This document shows positions 22,329 through 32,647 of a stretch of DNA of 34,158 bases, piece after piece. How positions within the stretch are numbered: the stretch's first letter is position 1; each line of letters starts with the position of its first letter. Where the stretch lies: assembly GCF_001194135.2 (NCBI RefSeq), contig NC_068991.1:35022570-35056727 (forward strand). The letters are read 5' to 3'. The notes under the pieces are model-generated. The model did not search any database and had not been told where the DNA came from. It saw nothing but the letters and a program-made list of their open reading frames with translations. The position numbers were made by a program, and so were the translations under genes. Source of the stretch: Octopus bimaculoides. Taxonomy: Eukaryota.

Positions 22329-22775
22329 TCAGGTTGCATTGACGTCATACATTAGGCAACGAAAGAGACAGTAAAATAGAAAGCTTGTTACATAAACAAG
22401 AGAGGAAAAACATTGTAAAGGGCCAAGAAAAAGTTGTAGGGAGATGTAGAGGGAGAAAGAAAGCGAGAGTTTCAGAAAAATATTAAGAAGTATCAAGATC
22501 GAGAATGACAAAAAGCATAACACGTAAGCGAAAGAATCTGAGAGAAAAAGGAAAATGAAAAAGAATGTGAGAGTATTTAGAGAGGAGGAAATATTAAAAG
22601 AAAGCGTCAAGTAGCTAGAGAGAGTAAGAGAGAGAGAGTAAGAGAAAGTAAGAAAGGCCAAGAGAGAGTAAGAGAAAGTAAGAAAGGCCAAGAGAGAGTA
22701 AGAGAATAAGAAAGAGTAAAAAGAATAACAGAGAATTTAAGAGAGAGTGAGAGAGAGAGAGAGTAAGAGTAAGCG
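22329..22775. repeat. AG-rich repeat with a 30-bp tandem unit
   Basis: AGAGAGAGTAAGAGAAAGTAAGAAAGGCCA about 2.5 times at 22631-22706. The overlapping F/L/S-rich ORFs are artefacts. Confidence 0.85.
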
Positions 22776-23789
22776 AGGGTGTTTGCGATGTCTGCACATG
22801 CGTTGTAAACGTCACTTGCTGCAAATGGAGAATCGGAATTTGACGTTGTCGTAAGACGACCTGCTTTATTTTATATTATTAATTTTATTGTCTGTTTTCC
22901 TGGATTAATTCATTTTAACCTCGAATATTTCGGATTAGACGTCTTTCATGGGGTAAGATATCTTTTTCAAACGAAATTTTGTTGTTCTTCAATCTATAAC
23001 TTTTGTTTACATTCTACTATGCTATTTTGTCCTCTACCAAGCCATTTAATAAAGGTATCTCTCTTTCTAAATATATATCTTCATTATTTCTGTGTCAGTG
23101 TACATCTTATGTAGATGCAACTTTTCCTTTAGCTAATCATTTCATAAAAGCTTATTTTGTGTTTATGTTGTATTGATGCACATCTGTTCTAGCTGTGAAT
23201 TTTATAGTTTGATGTCGTTACTGCTGGAATGGATAGATGGCCGTGCTGAATATTATACGTCTGAAATAAGGACGTTTAACAATATTATCTTTTGAAAATA
23301 TTCGGGCGGAGTTTCAGAATACTAACAGTACCTCACAGAAGGAAAAGGACATTGAAGGAGGTGGGGAGCAAAATATAAATAATTGAATCTCTAGGAAAGA
23401 AGAAAATTCTCTAAGAATCATAATTTCGATGTATGAAAAACAACTTACCGTTTTCCTTCTTTGAGGTAAGTGAAAGCTACTCTGAAACTTCGCTGATATT
23501 CGTGTCTAAAGAAATCATTATTTTGGAGACGGCTACAGTACCGACCGTAGTATGACTAATTTTTAAAAGTACATATCAGTTTAATACGTGAGAAATGCTT
23601 TTCTCAGTCAAACAAAATTATTATCATTATAAATGATTTTTATAAAGAAAATGTTATTTAACACAGATTTCTTGGGCGGGGGGAAATATACTTTTAGCGA
23701 GAGCACGATTGAACAAATTAATGAAAACCATGGTTTTGGCTCCCAGTAACTTAATATATTTTTATGGCATTCGTATGACAATAATTCTT

Positions 23790-23947
23790 TCTAATTTTGG
23801 TGCATTTTGAGGGCAGTTCTTGACTGGTTTTTATTTTATCTAGCTTGAAAGGATGAAAGGTAAAATCGTCGTCGTCGGAATTTGAACTCGGAAGAAATAC
23901 TGCAATGTAGTTTTTTCGACAATCTAACAATTCTGCCAGCTCGCTGA
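23790..23947 (-). mobile_element. tRNA-derived SINE
   Basis: Minus strand: CAGCGAGCTGGCAGAATTG (A-box), GAGTTCAAATTCC (B-box) and TTTTACCTTTCATCCTTTC core. Confidence 0.78.
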
Positions 23948-25382
23948 TAATAATAAAAATAATAATGAAAATTTATCCCAAATTAAGCGAGCAGAAGTAA
24001 GGAATTGAATCTACAAGCAAGTTATAGCTGTTATTTTTTCCTACATAATAATATGTAAGAGGCATGAACGTCACACAATCCCCTTTTCCTCTCCCTTCTA
24101 CATCTCGAACCTTGTGCATTTTATTTGGTTGTTTTTGGCAGATTGTCAGCTTTGTTATCACATTTATCCGCCAGAGACATACATAGTCTTAGCTGCACGT
24201 ATTTCTTGAAGAAAAAAATCTATATTTCCATCAGTGCTTTACCAGTTTACACGCATCAGGGAACAGCAGATTTTTGGTCAGAGCTAGAATTTTAAATTTT
24301 GTTTATTTTGTGATGAATCTATAATGGTACCGTCAATGTTAAATAAAGTCTTCCCATAGATTTCCTTCATAGAAGTAAGGTTTCAGATGAAGAGAGATGA
24401 AATTGGGTGGAGACGTTCTAGACTTCGTTAAATGGCATCAAAAACAGATAAGAAACGAAAATTTCAGCAAGTCATGAACTGAAATGTTGGTTAAGGATTC
24501 AAATGTGGACATGGATGGAATCTGAATTGAAATATTGATTTAAAAAAAAAATTTTTTTGGCGAAATATTTATTTGTAGTAGTGGCTAGAACCACTAACCA
24601 GTTATTCCAAATGGAAAAGAAAGAAAAGAGCAACAATGTCGAATGTCAGATTTAAATATCTCTATTCGATCTCAATATCATCTTTTTTTTAAGGACCCCA
24701 TGTGTTTAGTTCAACATAGTTTATTATATTTAAGGTTTTTATATTGATGGAAGGCATGATAGACACCCCTGCCACAGTAAAGAATTATAAAATCCAGGTC
24801 TTGGTGTGTAAAGGAATAATCCTTACTATTATGAACAGTCAGTAGTGGAGGATACCATTTCGATTCCTCAGATATTTCATGTTACTTTCATCACTAAGGC
24901 TCCTGGGGAAAGGTGTTAATAAGATTTAATAGTCTCTCTTATAAGAAACCCTGGGGTTATGAAAATAGGCCGTCCATTATTGTTATTGTTTTAAATCACC
25001 ATTATCTGAGGTAGCGCCAAAAATGCATTTCATGTGTTTCTGAAGTTGGAAACTTCACTTAAATCAAACTCCGAAGCAACAGGCTCAATTCTTATAAACG
25101 AGACGAAAGAGTTGAATCCTCCGCCTGTACTACGCATTCTTTGTTTAGTGGGTTAAAATTTTGACATTGGTGAAGGAATGGAAATAAATATGTGGCAAGA
25201 ATAAAGAATTTCACATAAAGGCCAAACACCCACGTATAAACACACGTACTGGTGTTTGTCTTGGGTATTTATATGTGTGTGTGTGGGCGAGCGTGTATGG
25301 AAGTGTACATGTGTTTATATGTGTGTAAATGTATGTATATAAATATATTATGTATATATATGTATGTATGGATGGATATATA

Positions 25383-25463
25383 CGAGGGGGTGCTGAAAAG
25401 TTTCTAGCTTTAGGGGTGTCACGAAAGGCCTGGTTGGAGGCCTAACCTTCCGAGTTCTTTTAC
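25383..25463 (+). mobile_element. mariner-type element left end, cut by the gap
   Basis: TA + CGAGGGGGTGCTGAAAAGTT is typical of mariner TIRs. Confidence 0.55.
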
Positions 25464-25563
25464 NNNNNNNNNNNNNNNNNNNNNNNNNNNNNNNNNNNNN
25501 NNNNNNNNNNNNNNNNNNNNNNNNNNNNNNNNNNNNNNNNNNNNNNNNNNNNNNNNNNNNNNN
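25464..25563. other. Assembly gap (100 N, probably a placeholder of unknown size)
   Basis: Exactly 100 N. Confidence 1.
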
Positions 25564-25581
25564 CCCTTAAAAACAGACTAA

Positions 25582-25642
25582 ACTATAGATCATGATTTCG
25601 TAGTTATTACAGTTTTATGCAACTTCTACTCATCAGTATAGT
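25582..25642 (-). ncRNA. Type I minimal hammerhead ribozyme motif, fully intact
   Basis: Minus strand: ACTATA-CTGATGA-GTAG aa GTTGCA taaaac TGTAAT aa CTAC-GAAA-TCATGA-T-C-TATAGT. This gives a 6-bp stem I, G10.1-C11.1, palindromic stem III ATCATGAT and an AUC site; predicted cut between 25588 and 25587. Confidence 0.9.
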
Positions 25643-26179
25643 ATGGTCAAGACACATAAGAATAAACAAAAAAATCAACATACCAGACGAACACCTCATG
25701 TATTCAGCATAGTACAAAGAAGATTGTTTATCCCTATATATCTATGTAAGTGGCAAGATTTTTCGAATTGCATCTCGGTACTTGTGTTTTTTTCAGAATA
25801 AATTCAGCACTGAATATATTCTGGTTATATATTTAATTAATTCAATAATAGGATAAATTCTTTTATAAGAAATTATCAAGTAGCTAGCGTGAAAAAACCT
25901 CATAAGGGAAAAAATCCATCATTTATTCCCCAAAATATATTTATAGAAGGGCATTACTATACATGAATGCCTCACTCTAAGAGGGACTTTAAGGTCAAAC
26001 TACCATAATAAACACATTATTACCGTGTGCATATGCAATATATATATATAGACATATATGCGCATATACTATATACAGATCTACTAATGGTTATTTCAAA
26101 ATATTTAATAGTGTTCTGTTTATCATATATCAGTCATCAAAATTGTTATAATGTCTTGTTATTCAGATTGGTTCTCTTT

Positions 26180-26265
26180 CTTTCCTGATGAGAAGATTAC
26201 ACTATTTTACACCATTTATTCCTTTGGATTAAAACCAATGTTGTCTTTGAAACATATGTCAAAAG
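26180..26265 (+). ncRNA. Type I hammerhead motif, core intact, one stem I mismatch
   Basis: CTTTC-CTGATGA-GAAGA...TCTTT-GAAA-CATATG-T-C-AAAAG; palindromic ACATATGT; GUC site; the first stem I pair is C-A. Confidence 0.78.
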
Positions 26266-26310
26266 TACAAGAATTTTAATAACATCTGCGTTTAACTCCA
26301 TTTATTTACT

Positions 26311-26332
26311 TATATATATATATATATGTATG

Positions 26333-26384
<52 letters not shown>

Positions 26385-26391
26385 CGCGCGT
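26311..26391. repeat. Compound (TA)n(TG)n(CG)n microsatellite
   Basis: Visible; the CG run spans 26377-26390. Confidence 0.97.
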
Positions 26392-27270
26392 ATCTAAACA
26401 AAGGATAAAATCCTTAAAATTAATGAATTTTATCGGCCATCAGCATATGAAAATAAACCTGTAGGTAAAATTCATATATTGAGATATGTAAGGCTATTCA
26501 ATACACTTATAATTAAGGGCACAGAAGCTATCATGCCTGTAAGCCATTAAGAGACACCAAATATATCCAACCCCTATATGTTTCCCTTCAATATATACAG
26601 TTTGAAAGCGGGAAAAGTGGATCGACCAAAAATTCATAAAATATTTCAGATAGTTTCACATTGATCAATTTCTGGATAAGTTTAATAACTCTTCCTTCAT
26701 CAGTAGAACATACTGAGTGAAATAAATGATAATATTTTATACATACCCACAGAAAGACCTGCACAAAATATGAGTACATATAAATATTCACAAATACATA
26801 TGCATGGAATTTCATAGTCCACCTCAATATGTGTGTATTTGGTCAGAATAGTACAGAAGTAAATAAACTGTCCCTATGTGGATGAGATACATCTAAACAT
26901 AATTAAAGGATAAAAATCATTAAAATTAATAAATTTTATCAGTGGCCAGCATATAAAAAATAACCTTTTAGGTAAAATTGAAATGCAGAGATTAATAGTT
27001 GTAGAGAATACAGTTATAATTAATGGCACAGAAGCTACCATGCCTATATTCTAGAAAGAGATGCCAAATATGTCCAACCACTTGAAGTTTTACTTCAATA
27101 TACACAGGTTGAAAATGGAAAAAGTGGACCGACTAAAAATTCATAAAATAATTCAGATAGTTCTAGATTGATCAATATTTGATCATTTATTTTGTACACT
27201 ATGTTCTATGGCGAAGGAAGGGTTATTAAACTTATCCAATCTAGAACTACTTGAATTATTTCAAGAAGTT
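26392..27270 (-). repeat. Diverged tandem repeat (period 499 bp) carrying a hammerhead, ending in an inverted partial copy
   Basis: 26392-26670 aligns with 26891-27177; 27179-27265 is an inverted copy of the hammerhead-bearing segment. Confidence 0.85.
26653..26709 (-). ncRNA. Type I hammerhead motif, N17 mutated to G in this copy
   Basis: Minus strand: GTTCTA-CTGATGA-AGGA...ATCCA-GAAA-TTGATCAA-T-G-TGAAAC, with palindrome ATTGATCAAT. The sister copies read AAT-C-TAGAAC (27164-27176 minus; 27238-27247 plus), giving an AUC site and a perfect stem I. Confidence 0.75.
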
Positions 27271-27445
27271 TTGGTTGGTCCACCTTGCCCATAGCTGTTT
27301 GATAGCACTTGAATGCACAGCTAAGAATTTCTCTTGTTTTTAATTGCCTCATTCATTCATCCATCTAAGCTGTACTTTTGTATCAAATAACTTCCAAATT
27401 GTAATCTCTCCCTCTAAAATAATCCTTTCCTTGTTTCTTGGCTAC

Positions 27446-27460
27446 ATATATCTATATATA

Positions 27461-27507
<47 letters not shown>

Positions 27508-27511
27508 GCAC
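27446..27511. repeat. (TA)n-rich microsatellite
   Basis: Visible. Confidence 0.95.
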
Positions 27512-28002
27512 ATATTTTGTACTGTTCTCTAAAATAATTCTTTCTTGTACTGCACTCTAAAATGACTCCTTCTTGTTCATTGTTGCTTCCACCCTCTCCT
27601 GCCCCCAATACCAGAAATCTCATTTCTCTTACCAGACATCCCATTGGCTCTTACTGGAAATTCCCCTCTCTTGTACTGTTTGTCTCCTCTTATATTGGTA
27701 ATCTCACCACCTCCCCTCCTTTCTCTCTCCCTCTACTAACAAAACCAGAAACCAGCCCACTTAATTTAACATTGTCGTATTTATATTTCTACTATATTTA
27801 TTTTTATATTTTTATTTATATTTATATCTGCAGCACCAGTAATGCTTATATCCACAATGCTCATAGCGCCTATATTTACAATGCCCCAAACTCTTTCGTA
27901 TATAATGCTTCCTTCCTCCCACCCAACAGTAGAGGCAACAACCGTAACAATTTCAACATGTTTGAATGATAGTAGGTTAAAAGCAAGAACAACTGTTATG
28001 AC

Positions 28003-30800
28003 ATGTCTGTCATCAAACGATCACAGAAACCTTCTTTTCAGGTACTGAATAACATCTCTCCTTCCTATGTTTTCTCCCACATACCAGTTTTCAGAGTTGG
28101 CACTGTAAATGTAGGAACATTGAAAGGCAGGTCAAGCAAGATTGTCGAGATGCTTGAACGAAGGCGTGTTGATGTACATTGCATACAAGAAGTAAGGTGT
28201 AGAGGAGCTTCAGCCAGAGTCTGCACAGGCAAAGCACATAGGTATAAACTCTTCTAGGAAGGTAACAGTGATGGAGTAGGGGGTGTGGGCATACTTCTTG
28301 CTGAGAAATGAGTGGATAAGGTCATAGAGGTAGTCAGGGTGTGCAAGAGAATGCTTAAACTCAGGCTAGTCTTGCAGACTAGTATAGCTACAGTTATCTC
28401 TGCCTATGCCCCACAAGTGGGCCTATCAAATGAACAGAAGGATCACTTTTATAATATTCTTCTGTGGGCTACCTCAAAGGCGAGTGACAATGATCTCATC
28501 TTTGTGGCTGAAGATTTTAATGGGCATGATGGACAGTAACCTCGTATCTTTCATGGTGTTCATGGGGGCCATGGGATTGGCTCCTGAAATGAAAAGGGAA
28601 CTAGGCTCCTGGAGTTCTGTTACGCAAGTAACCTTTTGATCTGCAACACCAACTTCAGGAAACCAACCAGCCACCTGATAACCTATCAATCAGTTGACGC
28701 TGCTAGCCAGATTCATTTCATTCTCACCAGACAGCAGGATGCATGGTTGCTCTTAAATAAAATGACCTTCCCTAGTGAATAATGTACCCCGCAGCATAGA
28801 CTAGTTAGTGACTTTAGACTTGAGGCCAGAAGGATACCAAGAAGCAGACCAATCTCAAAAACAAGGAATTAGAAGCTTAAGAACCCTCAAATGCTCAGAG
28901 ATTTAAGGACATCCTCATTGAGAAATTTGATGAGAGGGAGGAGGAACTACAGACTTGTGATATAGAAGGCAGCTGGGAATTCCTGCGAGACAGCTTGCTG
29001 AGTGCCACAGACCAAATCTTTGGCTGGTGCAAAGTCCCTTCCAGACCTAGGGTAATGTGGTGGTGGAACAATACTGTAGACAGGGCCAATAGAGCAAAGA
29101 AACAGGCCTGGAAGAGTGGGAGTAGCAGGAAACTGTATCAGATAGCCAGAAGGGAAGCTAGGAGACAGGTATATAGCCAAGGGAATATCAGAAAAGAAGT
29201 TTGCCAATGTTCAGTAATGTGAGGAGCAAAGAGCTGAAGTATTTTGGATAGTAAGACAGTGTGTGAAAAAAATCTTGATGTCAGAAGAGAGAAATGTGTC
29301 TACATGAATAATGGTGCACTTGCGTTTAATGATTCTGCAATGAAAGAAGCTTGGAAATGCCATTATGAAAGACTGCTGAACATGGAGAATGAATGGGAGG
29401 AGGAGAGTCTGCCAAATGTTGACCTAACTGAGGGTAGATAAAGCAATTAAGGATATGAAGACAGGGAAAGCACCTTGCCCATCAGGAATCCCTGCTGAGA
29501 TGCTTAACCCTTTTGCATTCAGATTTTTCTATCAAATATAATACTTATTTATTTACTTTGTTTTGAATAAATTAAACATTATCTTGTAACTTTGAGGTTT
29601 TGATGATGTGAACATTTATTTTTTAGAGTGACATAGTAGAGCAGGTGTGAGCGGCCAGATCTGGCTAGTTTGAACATAAAACAAGTAGAATAATTTAGCC
29701 GGATATGGCCGGTTTGAATGCTAAAGGGTTAAAATGTCGGGCAGTGTGGGCTATGGTCTAGTCACCTGCATTGTAAATCAGATAGTTCATGAAGGAGTTC
29801 TACCCAATGACTAGTATAGCAGCACCATAGTCAACTGCTGCAGAGGTAAAGATGATGCTTTAGATAGAAACTACAGGGGTATCTAATTGTTGGATCAGGT
29901 GAAGAAAGTTACGGAGAAGGTCATAGCCCAACTAATTAGGGAGATAGTTAGCCTTGATGAGATGCACATCAATTTTGTGCGAGGTAGAAGTATCATTGGT
30001 GCTATATTTCTAGTAAACGGCTAGGTATTTCTCCTGAAATACCTATAAAGATAAACCTCTGTACTTGGCTTTTGTTGACTTGGAGAAAGCCTTTGACAGG
30101 GTCCCCGATCCCTTATCTGGTGATCAGTGTGGAAACTAGGGATAGCTGATTGGTTGGTGAGATCTGTACAAGCCCTTTACAGGGAAGCTGTCTGTAAGTT
30201 GAGGGTTGGCAATGAGTATAGTGAAGAATTGCGGGGAGTAGTAGTTCACCAAGGATCAGTCATATGCCCCCTCTTATCATAGTCCTCCAGGCAATAGCAG
30301 AGGAGTTCAAGACAGGCTAGGCTGCCTCTGGGAGCTCCTCTATGCTGATGACCTTGCTCTAATAGCTGAGTAACCACAAGAACTAGAGACTAAGTTTAGG
30401 GTGTGGAAGCAAGGTCGAAAATTGAAGTGACTTAGTCAACCTAGCAAAAACCAAAGTCCCAGTAAGTAGGAAGGCAGACAAATCATAAACGCCTTCAGGT
30501 AGATGGCCCTGCTCGATCTTCAGAAAAGGTGTGGGTAGAAACTCCATACAATGTACTCGGTGTAAGCTATGGACACATAAGAGGTGCAGCAATATTAAAA
30601 TAAGGATAACTGGGAAGGTAGTTTTTGTGTGTGGCAGATGCACAGGGACAATAAACACCGATGGTGTACAGAAAACAGATTGCATCACATGCCAGGGGGA
30701 AAAAGTAGAAGCAGTTGATAGCTTCCGCCTCCTAGGTGATGATGTCTGCAGTGGGGGTGGATGCTTTGAGAGTGTAGCTGCTAGAATAAGAATAGCATAT
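28003..30800 (+). mobile_element. Near full-length RTE LINE pseudogene (APE + RT + PHD-like insert), 3'-truncated
   Basis: TVNVGTLKGRS, CIQEVR, SAYAPQ, EDFNGH; RT NYRGI, LAFVDLEKAFDRVP, HQGSV, LLYADDLALIA, VDSFRLLGD. It stops abruptly at RIRIA (about 30800) before a TG-rich repeat. Confidence 0.93.
29508..29728. mobile_element. piggyBac-type MITE inserted in the RTE
   Basis: TTAA at 29504-29507 and 29729-29732; TIRs CCCTTTTGCATTCAGA vs CCCTTTAGCATTCAAA. Removal restores GAGATGCTTAAAATG (EMLKM). Confidence 0.92.
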
Positions 30801-30809
30801 TTTAGACGT

Positions 30810-31020
30810 ATTTGAATATATTTGTGTGCATATGGGTATGTGCACGTGTGCACACGGATATGTATGTGTACATGTATGGTTGCATATATATGGGCATATA
30901 TAAGTGTACGTGTGGGTGGGCTTGTATGTGTTTCACGCAAGTGTGAGTGAGCATATGCATATCGGCACATGTACGTGGGTGTGCGTGCACGCATGTGTAT
31001 GTATGTACATGTGTGCATAT
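30810..31020. repeat. Degenerate (TG/CA)-rich simple repeat
   Basis: Source of the H/T/Y-rich spurious ORFs. Confidence 0.9.
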
Positions 31021-31180
31021 GCTTTTTCTATGAGCATTTTTACTTTTTTACTTTCTCTCCTTCGGTTTTTTCTCCTTATTTAACGGTCATTCTGATAGCT
31101 CTTTTGTCTTAATGACAGTCAATTACATGGTAATTTCCCTTTATTTATCGGTCATTTTCATAGCATTTTTTGATTGCCTT

Positions 31181-31241
31181 GATAACTGATGAGATTCCGG
31201 AGCAGATTGCCGCCCCGACATCCGAAACTTGGAGTTTTATT
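31181..31241 (+). ncRNA. Type I hammerhead motif, core intact, stem II decayed
   Basis: GATAA-CTGATGA-GATTCCGGAG...CCCCGACATCC-GAAA-CTTGGAG-T-T-TTATT; GUU site; stem III ACT/AGT. Confidence 0.62.
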
Positions 31242-31274
31242 ATGGCAACTGAATAATTGTCACATACTATATTA

Positions 31275-31279
<5 letters not shown>

Positions 31280-31360
<81 letters not shown>

Positions 31361-31580
31361 TATATATACATATACATGTTTGTCTATGTATATGTGTGTG
31401 TGTATGTATATATACATGATTTTTTATTGCCCACAGGGGGCCAACATATATATACGCACACACGTGTGTATATGTGCATGTGTGTGTGTCTATGTGTAGG
31501 GGGGTGGTATATGTGTGTGTGTGTGTGTATATATGTGTGTGTGGATGTGTGTATATGTGCATGTATATATATGTGTGTGT
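31280..31580. repeat. (TA)n(CA)n(TG)n compound microsatellite region
   Basis: Visible; the overlapping YI/HT/VC ORFs are artefacts. Confidence 0.95.
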
Positions 31581-31585
31581 ATTTA

Positions 31586-32438
31586 CAGGGTGCGGTGAAT
31601 AAATTGTTTAAATTACGCATAAATGAAAATAACACTGATATCTCATTTTAACATATATTCACCACCAATTATATTAAAATATCTTGAAATACTAAAGCAT
31701 AAATTTATTCAATAAAATCGCCATTGGCTTCAACCATGGCCTCCAGACGACTTTGGAACCTCCTGCAACTTTTGTGGACAGCCTCCTTGTTTAAATTGGT
31801 GAATGCTGCCATAATCCTTGCCTTCAGTTCATCTTTGGTGTTACAAAGAGTTTTGTTGGTCTCTTGCTCAACTGCACCCCACACATAATAATCAAGGGAG
31901 TTGCAATCTGGGGAGTTGGGTGGCTTGATGTTAAGGGTGATGTGGTCACAGAAATTGTCTGACAGCCATGACTGGGTTCTCTTACTTGTGTGGCATGGTG
32001 CAGAGTTCTGTTGCTAGACATAGGGTCTTCGAGCAGCCTCCATCTTCACCCAGGGCAGCTCTACTTCTTCCAGGGACTTGATGTAGGCCTCCGTGTTGAG
32101 TCTGAGGCCATGTGGGAAGATGAATGGAGGCATAACATTACCATCACTAGTGATCACTCCAAACACCATAATGATGAGTGGATGTTTGATTTTTATCACT
32201 GTCCTCATATTGACACCCAAACACTGAAATGTTTGTATTGGATCTTCCAGCATGAATGCCAAGCAGTATAGCATGTCATTTCCAACTTTCTGGTGGAGTG
32301 AATTGCATCATGGTACTGTTTTTCTCACGGATGGTGCCCAACTGACCCTACTATACTGTGTAGTCGACAACATCAAAAACAATGCGCATGCATGTAATTG
32401 AAAATATAAAATGGCAACAATTTATCCATTGCACCCTG
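31586..32438 (-). mobile_element. Internally deleted Tc1/mariner element of DD37D (maT) type
   Basis: TA TSD on both sides; TIRs CAGGGTGCGGTGAATAAATTGTT vs CAGGGTGCAATGGATAAATTGTT. Minus strand gives IMVFGVITSDG, QQ(N)SAPCH-..-PPNSPDCNSLDYYVWG, with 37 residues between the second (now N) and third catalytic positions. The HTH-to-core segment is deleted. Confidence 0.9.
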
Positions 32439-32453
32439 TATATATGTGTGTGC

Positions 32454-32498
<45 letters not shown>

Positions 32499-32513
32499 GA
32501 ATGTGTGTGTATT

Positions 32514-32562
32514 CTTAATACTGATGTTAGTTTTGGCAATTTCTGTTGCCTCATCAGTTAAG
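32514..32562 (-). ncRNA. Type I hammerhead motif with G12>A
   Basis: Minus strand: CTTAA-CTGATGA-GGCAA cagaaa TTGCC-AAAA-CT aacatc AG-T-A-TTAAG. All three stems pair, but GAAA reads AAAA. Confidence 0.72.
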
Positions 32563-32647
32563 TCCGCATGATTGTTTGGCCTTTTGCTATTAGTATTTAT
32601 GCTTTTGTCATCCTAATTATTAGATGATTTAGCGATTTGCTAATGTG

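Noticed and set aside
22270-22347. Minus-strand CTGAAGA as another hammerhead, and a perfect CRE (TGACGTCA) at 22340-22347
   Set aside because: No matching GAAA, stem III or stem I partner; a single 8-mer inside repeat-like DNA has no regulatory support.
24190-24240. Possible relic hammerhead (minus CTGATGG..GAAATACGTG)
   Set aside because: Core and all stems are too degenerate to distinguish from chance.
24814-24911. Open segment NNPYYYEQSVVEDTISIPQIFHVTFITKAPGE, with nearby micro-exon candidates at 24360 and 25708
   Set aside because: Poor acceptor, no consistent phase chain and no recognisable homology.
26167-26264. Apparent exon DWFSFFPDEKITLFYTIYSFGLKPMLSLKHMSK with faint resemblance to hyaluronidase N-termini
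   Set aside because: The same bases form a complete hammerhead motif of a repeat, the donor is weak and no flanking GH56 exons were found.
27562-28048. ORFs upstream of the RTE with imperfect 24-bp NA(x)6 repeats, as a possible ORF1
   Set aside because: Low complexity, no counterpart upstream of the 1672 copy and no domain recognisable.
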